64,000 bases of DNA from Verrucomicrobiaceae bacterium (lineage in GTDB: Bacteria; Verrucomicrobiota; Verrucomicrobiia; Verrucomicrobiales; Verrucomicrobiaceae). The stretch spans positions 57,976 through 121,975 of the forward strand of contig JAIXZA010000053.1 of the NCBI GenBank assembly GCA_027489965.1, in the 5' to 3' direction. Shown in pieces: positions 53,490 through 63,473 of the stretch. Below the pieces are notes generated by a model, which saw nothing but the letters and a program-made list of their open reading frames with translations, was not told where the DNA came from and did no database searches. Position 1 is the stretch's first letter; the number at the start of each line of letters is the position of its first letter. A program made the position numbers and the translations under genes.

Positions 53490-54722
53490 ATGCAAATCCG
53501 TCCTTTCATCGTTTCCCTCATCCTCGCTCTTCCAGCCTTCGCGGAGACGCAAATCCCCCCTAACGCACGAGTCGCCATCATCGGTGACTCGATCACGGAA
53601 CAGAAGTTGTACTCGCGGTTCATCGAAACGTATCTTCTCGGCTGCACCGGACGCAAAGACATCAGGTGTTTCCAATTCGGCTGGAGTGGTGAAACGGCAC
53701 AGGGATTCAGTAGCCGATTGGAAAATGATCTGAGTGTCTTCAATCCTACGGTCGCAACCACATGCTACGGCATGAACGACGGACGCTACGTTCCCTATGA
53801 TCCAAGCATTGGCGCGAGCTATGAAAAATGGATGCGCCTCGTGCTCGAAGGTCTGAAGAAGGTTGGCGTAACCCACATCGTCGCGGGTTCGCCCGGTGCG
53901 GTGGATACGCGTTGGTTTGTGAAGTCAGGCGCAACAGCGGATCAATACAACGACACCCTCGCTCACCTGCGTGACATCGACAAAAAGCTCGCCGCTGAAT
54001 ATCACACAGCCTTCGCTGACGTGCATGATGAGATGATTCACGCCATGGCCGCCGCCAAAGCCAAGCTTGGAACAGACTACGATGTCGGCGGTCGCGATGG
54101 CGTGCATCCGGGGGCAAACGGTCATCTGCTCATGGCGGCTGCGTTTCTCAAAGGCTTGGGTCTCGACGGTAACATCGGCGACATTACCATCGACTTGAAA
54201 GGCGCAAGCTCTGGCAACGAAGGTCATACAGTGACTGGAAGCAACGGCATTGCCGAGATCGAGAGCGTTAAACTGCCCTTTTTTCTGGAGCCTGAGATGC
54301 GCAAGATCACGTCGTTTTGCCACTTCAACGAAGAGCTGAATCGCTACACGCTGCGCGTGAAAAACGTTACCACAGCCAGAGCCAAAGTCACTTGGGGCAC
54401 TGAGGCCAAAGAGTTCACCAAGGAGCAACTCACTGCGGGCATCAATCTCGCCGTCGAGTTCGACAAGTCGCCGCTCGACAATGCTTTCATCCAGCTGGTC
54501 ATCGCTGTGAATGCGAAGCAGGCCTATGAAACACCGATGATCAAAGGCATGATCACCAACTTCCGTAACTTCGCTAACGACGCCAAGGCAGATCCCGAAC
54601 TCGCCGCCGCACTGAACACGTTGAAGCAAAAGATGATCGACAAGCAGGAAAAACTGGATGCCGCAGCTCACGCAAAGCTAGTCCCCGTGAAACATACGAT
54701 CAAAGTTGAAGCCTTGAATTAA
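53490..54722 (+). CDS. Secreted SGNH/GDSL hydrolase
   Basis: IIGDSITEQ (block I), GWSGE, YGMND (block III), RDGVHP (block V). Confidence 0.9.
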   Translation: MQIRPFIVSLILALPAFAETQIPPNARVAIIGDSITEQKLYSRFIETYLLGCTGRKDIRCFQFGWSGETAQGFSSRLENDLSVFNPTVATTCYGMNDGRYVPYDPSIGASYEKWMRLVLEGLKKVGVTHIVAGSPGAVDTRWFVKSGATADQYNDTLAHLRDIDKKLAAEYHTAFADVHDEMIHAMAAAKAKLGTDYDVGGRDGVHPGANGHLLMAAAFLKGLGLDGNIGDITIDLKGASSGNEGHTVTGSNGIAEIESVKLPFFLEPEMRKITSFCHFNEELNRYTLRVKNVTTARAKVTWGTEAKEFTKEQLTAGINLAVEFDKSPLDNAFIQLVIAVNAKQAYETPMIKGMITNFRNFANDAKADPELAAALNTLKQKMIDKQEKLDAAAHAKLVPVKHTIKVEALN

Positions 54723-54820
54723 GTCGTGCAGTAGCGCCAGCAGTGAATGCCATAGCTCTTGCGGATGAGTATCAATCGTTGGAGCCAATCCATTTCATCT
54801 CTCAAAGAATCCGCACATCA

Positions 54821-56959
54821 ATGTTCATGAACCGCACCTTACTCGCTCTCGTTTTGGCAGTTTCTTTAACCTCTGAAGCTGCCGACTTGAAGCTTACTTC
54901 GAGCGGCATTGAAATCCGTGCAGGCAGCCTTGGTACTTACACGCTGTCTTACCCTGAGTTTAGCAATCAGGCGAGTGCGATCGTCCATAAGATCATTGAA
55001 GTGAAAGCTGGCCCAAACGCCGCCACAGTGCGCTATGAAGGCGGGGCAGAGTGTGCTGTATCGATCAATGGCGGCGAAATCAACACGACCTTTAAGACTG
55101 TTCCGGCAAATGTGAAATCTTGGAAAATGAGCACCCTAATTGACATCAACTTCTCCAAGGGTGGCACTTGGAAAATCGGTGATCAAAGTGGGTCTTTCCC
55201 TATCGATAAGCCCAAGGTTCCACAGCTGGCCAGCCTCAGTGCCACGTCTTTTACACTAAAGAATGCGCAGGGACAGAGCCTCACTTTCACCACACCTGAT
55301 TATACCTTTCAACAACTCACTGATAACCGCGAGTGGAACTGGGCCATCTTTAACTGGCAGTTCATTTTGCCTTTTAATGCCAACAGTCCGACGGCGAAAG
55401 TTCGCGTCTCATCAGATCTCGCCGCGAGCGCCAAATTGATCGACACTTTTGGCCAGTCCATCTCTGCAACTTTCCCAAACAAACTCGGCAGCGTGGAAGA
55501 GCTGAAATCAGACCTCGCTTCGGAGCAGGCCTACTTTGATGCTATCCAGACTCCGAGCTTGGATCGCTTCGGAGGACTGTCTGAATCTTCGCTGAGCCTG
55601 AAAAAAACTGGCTACTTTCACATCGAACAGCAGCAGGGGAAATCATGGCTCGTGGACCCAGATGGCCACCTCTTCTTTCATCTCGGTGTCTGTGGTTTTG
55701 CTCCTAGCGATGACTACACCTATGTTAAGGGGCGTGAAGACATTTATGAATGGCTTCCCAAAGCCGAAAGCGAATTTGCCTCCGCCTTCCGAGCTGGCGA
55801 TGACAATGCGCACTTTTCCTTTTATTTGGCAAACACGATCCGCAAATTTGGCCAGCCATTTACGCTGGATCGCTTTGCAGAGCGAATGATCCAGCGTGTC
55901 CGCAAATGGGGCTTTAACTCCATCGGTGCCTTTAGCCCCACGCCCCCGACAGCCCATGTGAATGCCAATTTTCCTTATGTGGCGAGTCTGCCAATCAATG
56001 AATGGGAAGGTATTCCACGTATCGCAGGCGCTCACGAAGTCTGGGATCCCTATGATGCTGAGACAGAAAAAAAGATCGCAGACAACCTCGCTAAAGAACT
56101 CCCTGCAAAAGCGAATGATCCGCTGCTGATTGGTTACTTTATCGTCAATGAACCACGCTATGATGAGCTGCCCCGCGTGATCCCATCCTTAAACGGAAAA
56201 CAAGCCTGCAAGCTTCGTTTAGTGGACAGCCTCAGGATCAAATACACAGACATCGCCTCATACAACGCCGCTTGGCAGGCGAACGCCAAATCCTTTGATG
56301 AACTCATCGACACAGGTCTCGCCGTTTCCACAGACACGGCAAAGGCCGACGTGAAGGATTTCGTGGGCGATTTCATGGAGGCCTATTTTAACCAGATCGA
56401 GACACTCTTTCGAAAGCACGATCCGCATCATTTGCTCCTAGGCTCGCGCTTGCAGCCAATCACGATCGAGGACGAGCAACTCTGCCGAATCATGGGTAAG
56501 CATGTGGATGTTGTCTCCTACAACTACTACACCTACGGCGTGGATACTGAGTCGCTCAAACGCATTCATGACTGGTGCGGTAAGAAACCCATAATGCTCA
56601 GTGAATTCTTCTGGGCCTCTAGCAAGGACAGCGGCCTCATCGGCGGACGAGAAGTCAGCAGTCAGAAGCAGCGAGGCCTGGCCTATCGCAACTATGTCGA
56701 GCAAAGCGCCGCACTTGGCTTTGTGGTCGGCATCGAATGGTTCACGCTCATCGACCAAGCCACCACAGGGCGCTGGTTCAGCAAATACAATGGCGAAAGC
56801 TATAACACAGGCCTCGTCAGCGTGGCAGATCGCCCGTGGAAAGACATGCTCGCTGAGATGATGAAAACGAATCACAGCATCTATGACGTGCTGCTTGGCA
56901 AGCGCCCTCCCTTTGTTTGGGATGATTCAAGGTTCCAGATTCAGAAAACCAAGCCATGA
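54821..56959 (+). CDS. Secreted glycoside hydrolase, GH50/beta-agarase-like
   Basis: WLVDPDG.LFFHLGV, KWGFNSIG, DPLLIGYFIVNEP, DVVSYNYY, KPIMLSEF, VGIEWF..DQ..GR...GESYNTGLV. ATG at 54821 preferred. Confidence 0.8.
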   Translation: MFMNRTLLALVLAVSLTSEAADLKLTSSGIEIRAGSLGTYTLSYPEFSNQASAIVHKIIEVKAGPNAATVRYEGGAECAVSINGGEINTTFKTVPANVKSWKMSTLIDINFSKGGTWKIGDQSGSFPIDKPKVPQLASLSATSFTLKNAQGQSLTFTTPDYTFQQLTDNREWNWAIFNWQFILPFNANSPTAKVRVSSDLAASAKLIDTFGQSISATFPNKLGSVEELKSDLASEQAYFDAIQTPSLDRFGGLSESSLSLKKTGYFHIEQQQGKSWLVDPDGHLFFHLGVCGFAPSDDYTYVKGREDIYEWLPKAESEFASAFRAGDDNAHFSFYLANTIRKFGQPFTLDRFAERMIQRVRKWGFNSIGAFSPTPPTAHVNANFPYVASLPINEWEGIPRIAGAHEVWDPYDAETEKKIADNLAKELPAKANDPLLIGYFIVNEPRYDELPRVIPSLNGKQACKLRLVDSLRIKYTDIASYNAAWQANAKSFDELIDTGLAVSTDTAKADVKDFVGDFMEAYFNQIETLFRKHDPHHLLLGSRLQPITIEDEQLCRIMGKHVDVVSYNYYTYGVDTESLKRIHDWCGKKPIMLSEFFWASSKDSGLIGGREVSSQKQRGLAYRNYVEQSAALGFVVGIEWFTLIDQATTGRWFSKYNGESYNTGLVSVADRPWKDMLAEMMKTNHSIYDVLLGKRPPFVWDDSRFQIQKTKP

Positions 56960-56981
56960 CTTGCAGCATTCGAATGGCCTC

Positions 56982-58163
56982 ATGAAAGCGCTCCTCTTCT
57001 TTTTTGGCTTTGCTGGTCTGCTCTCGGCGACAGACCTTTATGTCGGTAAAAATCTGCCCACCATCCAACAGGCGATCAAAGCCGCGCAACCTGGTGACAC
57101 GATTCATCTTCAGCCAAAGGTCTATCATGACTACGCTGGATTTTACGCCAAAAAAGGCGAGCCAACCAAACCCATCACACTGGATGGTCATGGGGCGATC
57201 TTAGAAGGCAGTGATCCGATTGATCCAGCGAAATGGACTGAGGTTTCTCCTGGCCTCTTTCAAAATGACGCACTGCTTCCCTTCCTCAACGACGCCATAA
57301 CCAGTCGCTGGTTCTTTTTATTCAACAACAAGATGCAGCTCATGAAACGCACCTCGAAAGGTCGAAGTGCGCCCTATAAAAAGGCTGAAGAACTGCAGCC
57401 CGGAGAGTGGACCTTCATCAAAGGCACAGCCCGCCTTAATGCAAAACCACAGCAAACCTTTGGGACCTTTTACATCAAAATCGAGGCAGGAGAGAAGCTC
57501 GCAGATGCTAACATTAGCTATCCCATTCGTAGTGCAGGTGTTCAGTTCAGCGGTGACAATGCCCACCTCATCATCAAGAACCTCGCTGTAACCCATCCTT
57601 ACAACGATGGTTTCAACATCCATGGCGACTGCCGCAACTGCGTTTTTGAAAACATCCAGGCCATCGAATGCGGAGATGATGGCATCAGCGCCCATGAATC
57701 TGCGCAGTATCGAGTGGATGGCTTTGTCAGCATCGGCAATAGCACTGGCATTTGCGACACAGGAACTGCGCAAACGAGTTACAACCATGTTTTCATCGCC
57801 AATTGTGTTGGCTTTGATCTCTACTTTCTAGACCAAGGCCGTTACTCACTAAGCAACTCAGTCATCCTCTCTTCCGCTCAAAATCCACTCGCCATCACCG
57901 GCCGCGACAAAGGAAACTGTCGCATGACCATGGACAATGTCCTCTTCCGTCGCCTCACTGAGCCACGCCTCGGAAACGTAGCCTTGCATGCCGCGCTTGA
58001 GGCTAAAAACTGCACCTTTGAGAATCTCGAAGTTAAAGTCACTGGCACAGCCACTTGGCATAACTGCCTCATCAATCACAAGCCCATGCCAGAGGGCAGT
58101 CAAGCCAACGGCGCGAAGGTGGGCGAACTGTTGAAGCTCATTCCAAAAGACGACCAACCATGA
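56982..58163 (+). CDS. Secreted right-handed parallel beta-helix protein
   Basis: TIQQAIKAAQPGDTIHL, PITLDGHGA, NDGFNIHG, GDDGISAHE, STGICD repeats. Confidence 0.85.
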   Translation: MKALLFFFGFAGLLSATDLYVGKNLPTIQQAIKAAQPGDTIHLQPKVYHDYAGFYAKKGEPTKPITLDGHGAILEGSDPIDPAKWTEVSPGLFQNDALLPFLNDAITSRWFFLFNNKMQLMKRTSKGRSAPYKKAEELQPGEWTFIKGTARLNAKPQQTFGTFYIKIEAGEKLADANISYPIRSAGVQFSGDNAHLIIKNLAVTHPYNDGFNIHGDCRNCVFENIQAIECGDDGISAHESAQYRVDGFVSIGNSTGICDTGTAQTSYNHVFIANCVGFDLYFLDQGRYSLSNSVILSSAQNPLAITGRDKGNCRMTMDNVLFRRLTEPRLGNVALHAALEAKNCTFENLEVKVTGTATWHNCLINHKPMPEGSQANGAKVGELLKLIPKDDQP

Positions 58164-60187
58164 AACACCTCCTCACGCTCCTTTTCATCACCTCGTCCTT
58201 TGGTGCCGAACCAATCACCAACTCCATCGGCATGAAGTTCGCGCCGATTTTGCCAGGCAGCTTCATCATGGGCCAAGATGGACCCGCAGCGGATTACCAG
58301 GTAAAGAAACACGCGGAGAAATTTGATGACGCAGACTGGGACGAAAAACCAGCGCACCGTGTGACGATGACACAACTGTTTCATCTCGGGACAACGGAGG
58401 TCACTGTGGCGCAATACCGGCAGTTTGCAGCAAAGCATCCTGGCCAAAACGATAACGACGCAGTGACGAATGTGAGCTGGAACGATGCGGTGAAGTTCTG
58501 CGATTGGCTGTCAAAGAAAGAGGACAAAACCTATCGCTTACCCACCGAGGCAGAGTGGGAGTTCGCCTGCCGCGCCGGCACCACCACGTTGTTTCACACA
58601 GGAGATGCCGTGCCAGCAGGCTTTCACTCCTGGCCGACAGACAGTGGGCAGAGGGATCGCTTTTTTCCCGATGAACAACTACCGCCGGAGTATCAGCCAA
58701 AGCCCACGAAGCTCTCGCTAAAAATCGCGCAAAGATCAGGGAATGCCTGGGGTCTTCATGACATGCACGGCAATGTCTCCGAGTGGTGCGCGGATTGCTA
58801 TGGACCGTATGAGGCAGGTGAACAGAGTGATCCGATGGGACGCGTGCAGGGAGATTTCCGCGTGATTCGTGGAGGCAGTCATTCCGTGCAAACTCGGCTG
58901 CTGAGATCGGCCAATCGCAGCTCCTGGTTGCCTGCGGCAGTGAATGACCGCATTGGATTTCGCGTGGCGCTCGGAGATTGGCCAAAGGGTGAAAAACTGC
59001 CATTGCCGAAGCCTGAATTGCATGCGCAGAAGGTATCGCAATTCACGGCCAAGATGGAGTCACTGAAGGAAGAAGCACCCTTTTTCGATGGCCCCAAGCC
59101 TTTCGTCATCATCCCACCGAACTCCTCCGGCCCTTTGTATTCCTGGCACAATCACAGTCCGGCCATCGCCGAGTGCCCAAATGGTGATCTTCTTGCGGTC
59201 TGGTATTCCTGCGTCGATGAAGCAGGAACAGAGCTCAACAACCTCGCCAGCCGTCTTCGGCACGGAGCATCCGAGTGGGAGCCTGCATCGCTGTTCTGGG
59301 ATGGTGCCGATGTGAACGATCATGCGCCTAAACTCTGGTGGGATGGTGACAAGACGCTCTTCCATTTCGCTCGTGGCCATCGCGAAAACATCGTGCGTCA
59401 CAGCATCGATAACGGTGCGACTTGGAGCCAAGCCCAGATCATCCAGCCATGGAGTGAGATAGGCAATCAGCTCTTTCGTACGCGTGCTGGCACGATCTTG
59501 ATGACACAGGACGCCACCACCACCAGCCTCACCCAAAGCACCGATGGTGGTAAGACGTGGTCCTCCGAAGTCATCACTAACAAAAAGCTCGCGCATCGCA
59601 ATGGCAGCGCGGCACGGCATGCAGGCATCCACGCGCCCATCGTCGAATTGAAGGACGGTCGTCTCATGAGTTTTGGCCGAATCAACGACGATTCCGATCA
59701 AGAAAAGTTTCATTTTAAAACACCCGCCAGCTTCTCTAGCGATGGCGGCAAGACCTGGACCCACGAGCCCACCGAATTCCCCGCCATCAGCAGCGTGCAG
59801 CGTCAGGTGCTCATTCGCCTGCAAGAAGGTCCCCTGCTCTTCTGTTCCTTCACCGATCTATCTGCGAATGCGAAAAACCCAAAAGGTATGACCTTCCAAA
59901 GCAAGGCCGGCGAATTCAATGGTGCAGGTCTGTTTGCTGCGATCTCTTTTGATGATGGCAAAACTTGGTCCCACAAACGTCTTGTCACTCCAGGTGGCCC
60001 AGAGCGCATCGTCAACGGCATTGACCGCAATCAGTTCCCTCTCAGCGATACCCGTGCCGAGCACAATGGCTACCTTGCCGCCATCCAATCCCGCGACGGT
60101 CGAATCCAGCTCATCAGTAGCAAGAATCACTACGTCTTCAATCTGGCTTGGCTGAAGGCTTTGCCGGAGAAGCCAATTTCTAAATGA
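58160..60187 (+). CDS. FGE-sulfatase (SUMF1/EgtB-like) domain fused to BNR sialidase-like domain
   Basis: NSIGMKF, EVTVAQY, VSWNDA..FC.WLS, YRLPTEAEWEFACRAG, NAWGLHDMHGNVSEW, RGGS, GFRV. Then HNHSPAIAECPNGDLL and Asp-boxes SIDNGATW, STDGGKTW, SSDGGKTW, SFDDGKTW. Confidence 0.9.
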   Translation: MKHLLTLLFITSSFGAEPITNSIGMKFAPILPGSFIMGQDGPAADYQVKKHAEKFDDADWDEKPAHRVTMTQLFHLGTTEVTVAQYRQFAAKHPGQNDNDAVTNVSWNDAVKFCDWLSKKEDKTYRLPTEAEWEFACRAGTTTLFHTGDAVPAGFHSWPTDSGQRDRFFPDEQLPPEYQPKPTKLSLKIAQRSGNAWGLHDMHGNVSEWCADCYGPYEAGEQSDPMGRVQGDFRVIRGGSHSVQTRLLRSANRSSWLPAAVNDRIGFRVALGDWPKGEKLPLPKPELHAQKVSQFTAKMESLKEEAPFFDGPKPFVIIPPNSSGPLYSWHNHSPAIAECPNGDLLAVWYSCVDEAGTELNNLASRLRHGASEWEPASLFWDGADVNDHAPKLWWDGDKTLFHFARGHRENIVRHSIDNGATWSQAQIIQPWSEIGNQLFRTRAGTILMTQDATTTSLTQSTDGGKTWSSEVITNKKLAHRNGSAARHAGIHAPIVELKDGRLMSFGRINDDSDQEKFHFKTPASFSSDGGKTWTHEPTEFPAISSVQRQVLIRLQEGPLLFCSFTDLSANAKNPKGMTFQSKAGEFNGAGLFAAISFDDGKTWSHKRLVTPGGPERIVNGIDRNQFPLSDTRAEHNGYLAAIQSRDGRIQLISSKNHYVFNLAWLKALPEKPISK

Positions 60188-60247
60188 TTCGATAACTCAT
60201 CCAATCTAAACGCAAGCATCCGGCTCAGGGGACGTTCTCTCTTCTTC

Positions 60248-62443
60248 ATGATTCGATCTTTCTGCCTCGCTTTCGCTCTCGCCCTTTTTGTCACTCGTTC
60301 TGATGCTGAAGACTGGGGAGCTTACCAAATTGTGTCCGTCAGCGCCCCTGAGTTTGTCTTAGAAGCTGTCGGCGGCACGAATGAAGGCGATGTCGTTTCA
60401 GTCAATCAACCGAACAACGCAGCGAATCAGAAATGGATCATTCAGCCCAAGGGAGAGGGTTGGTTCTGGCTGATGCCTTCTTCGCAGCCGACGCTCGCGC
60501 TCACAGTGACGAATGGTGAGACAAAAACGGGCGCAAAGATCACCATCGAAAAGGACAACAAATCCGACGCGCAGCTCTGGTCGCTCAAGAGGCAGGACAA
60601 CGGCAGCTATGCGCTGGAACCAAAGCACGCGCCGGGTATGGGGCTCGATCACCTTGGCGGCAAAAAGCAAGTCGGGGCCAAAGTCGATCTTTGGCAGAAC
60701 AAACCGGGCGATCAGCATTTGCAGTGGTTCATCAAGCCACTCGCAGGTAGTGGGCCAGCCGTAGCGAAGAAGGTTGAATCGCCGACTTACACACCACCCG
60801 CCATCCAGCCCGAGGCCGTCCTTCCTGGTCGCACCGAGACCTTTCAATTCAACCAAAGCAAAGTCTTCCCCGGCACTGTGCGGGAAGTGACGGTCTTCAT
60901 CCCAGCACAATACGATGCCAGCAAGCCCGCCTGCGTTTATGTGAAGACCGATGGCTTCAATCCACGCGAGAAAACGAACCTCGAACTCGCCATCGCCACC
61001 CAGGAAATGCCGGTGACTGTGGGCGTCTTTGTGAGACCCGGTGAAGTTCCTGCGCCCATGAAAGGCACCGCTGGACGGCGTAATCGTGACTTTGAATACG
61101 ACGGCATCAGCGACCACAACCTGCGCTTCTTTGACGAGGAACTTCTGCCTTTCGTCGCAAAGCAGTATCAGCTCAGTCTTAGCACCGATGGCAATGATCG
61201 CTGCATCGTCGGTGGCAGCAGCGGCGGCATCGCAGCTTTCACGGCGGCCTGGCACAAGCCTGAGGCCTTCAGCCGAGTCTATGCCGCCAGTGGCAGTTGG
61301 GTGGCGTTTCGCGGTGGGCATGAGTTTCCCACGATGGTACGCAAGTTTGAAGCACGCCCGATCCGCTCGTATCTCACCACCGCCACGCACGACATGGAAA
61401 ACGCGGCAGGCGACTGGTTCCTCGTCGATCAGGAGATGGACAAAGCACTCAAGTTTTCTGGCTACGACTATCAGTTCCGCATCATCGAAGGCAAACACGT
61501 CGCGGGCTATAGCGAGAACTGGCAAGAGGCGATGGCTTACCTTTGGAAAAACTGGCCTGCGAAGGTCAAAGCAGGCCCCAGTGCTCCACGAGCTCAAGAA
61601 ATCATCCTCCCTGGCGAGGACTGGAAACTCGTCGCCGAAGGCTTCAAAAGCACTCGAGGAGCCTCCACCGCCGCGAATGGCGAAGTCTTCTTCGCCGACA
61701 CCTCCGCCGACAAAATCCACCGCATCGGTCTCGACGACCAAGTCAGCGTTTTCGCCGAAAAAACCGGCAATGCGCACTGCGTCAGCGTTGGAGCCGATGG
61801 ATCGCTTTACACCATCTCCGAGAAATCCGGCCAGCTCCTGCGCTACGACGCCTCGGGCAAGTCCAGCGTCGTTTTGGACGGCATACTCGGTCACAGCATC
61901 CTCGCGCATCCGAACGGCAGCCTCTACGTCACCGATAACGACGCGAAGAAGCCCAACAATGGAGGCAGTGTCTGGCTCATCAAGGACGGCCAGAAGAAGC
62001 AGGTTGATGCTGGCATCAAATTCGCCACTGGCATGGCCTTCCGCCCCGATCAATGGCTCCTCAGCGTCGCCGAAGGCCACTCGAAGTGGGCCTACAGTTA
62101 TCAGATAGCTGATGACGGCTCGCTCATTAACAAAGAGCGCTTCTTCCACCTCCACGTCCAGGATTGGGACGACGACGCCGGTGCGGAATGCCTCTGCTAC
62201 TCGCAGGAAGGCCGTCAATTCATCGCCACCAAGAGCGGCATCCAAATCAGCGCCGACGACGGCCCCACCCAGGTCATCCTCACCGTCCCTGATCGCGGCC
62301 GCGTCACCTCCGTCGCCATTGGTGGCAAGGACCAAGACACGCTCTACGCCTTCTGCGGCAACAAGATCTGGAAACGCAAAATCCAGCAGCATGCGCTCGG
62401 TGCATGGAGTCCATGGACGAAGGTGGTGCCGAACAAGCTGTAG
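60248..62443 (+). CDS. Ricin-B lectin + esterase + SMP-30/gluconolactonase fusion protein
   Basis: QxW repeats (NQKW, AQLW, HLQW), an esterase segment with GGSSGG, and a beta-propeller with GMAF.PD..L and GAECLC. Confidence 0.85.
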   Translation: MIRSFCLAFALALFVTRSDAEDWGAYQIVSVSAPEFVLEAVGGTNEGDVVSVNQPNNAANQKWIIQPKGEGWFWLMPSSQPTLALTVTNGETKTGAKITIEKDNKSDAQLWSLKRQDNGSYALEPKHAPGMGLDHLGGKKQVGAKVDLWQNKPGDQHLQWFIKPLAGSGPAVAKKVESPTYTPPAIQPEAVLPGRTETFQFNQSKVFPGTVREVTVFIPAQYDASKPACVYVKTDGFNPREKTNLELAIATQEMPVTVGVFVRPGEVPAPMKGTAGRRNRDFEYDGISDHNLRFFDEELLPFVAKQYQLSLSTDGNDRCIVGGSSGGIAAFTAAWHKPEAFSRVYAASGSWVAFRGGHEFPTMVRKFEARPIRSYLTTATHDMENAAGDWFLVDQEMDKALKFSGYDYQFRIIEGKHVAGYSENWQEAMAYLWKNWPAKVKAGPSAPRAQEIILPGEDWKLVAEGFKSTRGASTAANGEVFFADTSADKIHRIGLDDQVSVFAEKTGNAHCVSVGADGSLYTISEKSGQLLRYDASGKSSVVLDGILGHSILAHPNGSLYVTDNDAKKPNNGGSVWLIKDGQKKQVDAGIKFATGMAFRPDQWLLSVAEGHSKWAYSYQIADDGSLINKERFFHLHVQDWDDDAGAECLCYSQEGRQFIATKSGIQISADDGPTQVILTVPDRGRVTSVAIGGKDQDTLYAFCGNKIWKRKIQQHALGAWSPWTKVVPNKL

Positions 62444-62636
62444 CGTCCATTGGCAATATAAGCTGTGAGAAGCACAAATACGACACCCATAGGCTCCTGT
62501 TGTCAAAAGCAGCGGTTAGGCCATCTTGTTCGGCAAAAAAGCTGCCATCAAAGTCCGCGCTGCCGGAGCCTAATGCCTGCAATTCTTCAATCATAAGCGC
62601 AAAGAGATATCCCAAGATCTCGCCGACTAATCCCTC

Positions 62637-63473
62637 ATGAAACCACTGCTTCTCATCCTCAGCCTTCTCCTGTCCATCCACCCCCTCGCCGCGCGACCTG
62701 AGGCATGGATGGAACCCTTTCCACCTCACAAGATCGCTGGAAATCTCTACTATGTCGGCTCGAAGGACCTTGCGTCCTATCTCATCGCCACGCCAGAGGG
62801 CCACGTCCTCATCAACAGCAGCTTCGAGGAGTCCGTGCCACTTATTCGCGCCAGCATCGAGAAACTGGGCTTCAAATTCACTGACGTGAAAATCCTGCTT
62901 ATCAGCCATGCGCACTCGGATCACTGCGCAGGCAGTGCGGAGATCATCAAAGAGACAAAGGCTCAATACTTCGTCATGGAGCAGGATGCCGATGCCGTGG
63001 AGAACGGCGGCGCGAAAAAATCCCGCATCAAAGCCGACCACACGCAGTTCACGCCCGCCAAAGTGGATCGCCGGCTTCAAGACGGCGACGAGGTGAAGCT
63101 CGGCGGCAGCACGCTTGTCGCTCGCCTCACAGCTGGCCACACCCGTGGCTGCACGACATGGACGATGCAGATCGCTGGCCTCAATGCCATCATCATTGGC
63201 AGTCCAAACGTGAACCCTGGCTACATCCTCGTGAATAACCAGGACTACCCCAACATCGCCACCGACTACGAGCGCACCTTCCAATTTCTCAAAGAAAAGC
63301 CCATCGATCTCTTCCTCGGGGCCCACGGCAGCTACTACAACATGAACGCGAAGTACGCCCGCCTAGGCATCAACAACACCAATCCTTTCATCGACCGCGA
63401 AGGCTATCACCGCTACGTCGAGGATCGCGAACAAGCCTTCCGGACCGAACTGGCAAAGCAGAAGACCCAATAG
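62637..63473 (+). CDS. Subclass B3 metallo-beta-lactamase
   Basis: Signal peptide, PFPPHKIAGNLYYVG, SHAHSDHCAG (HxHxDH), AGHTRGCTTW, LGAHGSYY. Confidence 0.88.
   Translation: MKPLLLILSLLLSIHPLAARPEAWMEPFPPHKIAGNLYYVGSKDLASYLIATPEGHVLINSSFEESVPLIRASIEKLGFKFTDVKILLISHAHSDHCAGSAEIIKETKAQYFVMEQDADAVENGGAKKSRIKADHTQFTPAKVDRRLQDGDEVKLGGSTLVARLTAGHTRGCTTWTMQIAGLNAIIIGSPNVNPGYILVNNQDYPNIATDYERTFQFLKEKPIDLFLGAHGSYYNMNAKYARLGINNTNPFIDREGYHRYVEDREQAFRTELAKQKTQ

Noticed and set aside
58160-59000. FGE-sulfatase domain as a diversity-generating retroelement target
   Set aside because: There is no reverse transcriptase or TR/VR repeat pair in the window, and the domain is N-terminal rather than at the usual C-terminal VR position.
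60398-63326. Antisense ORFs of 702 and 340 aa
   Set aside because: They lie opposite well-supported genes, mirror their codon phase, and carry no domain signal.
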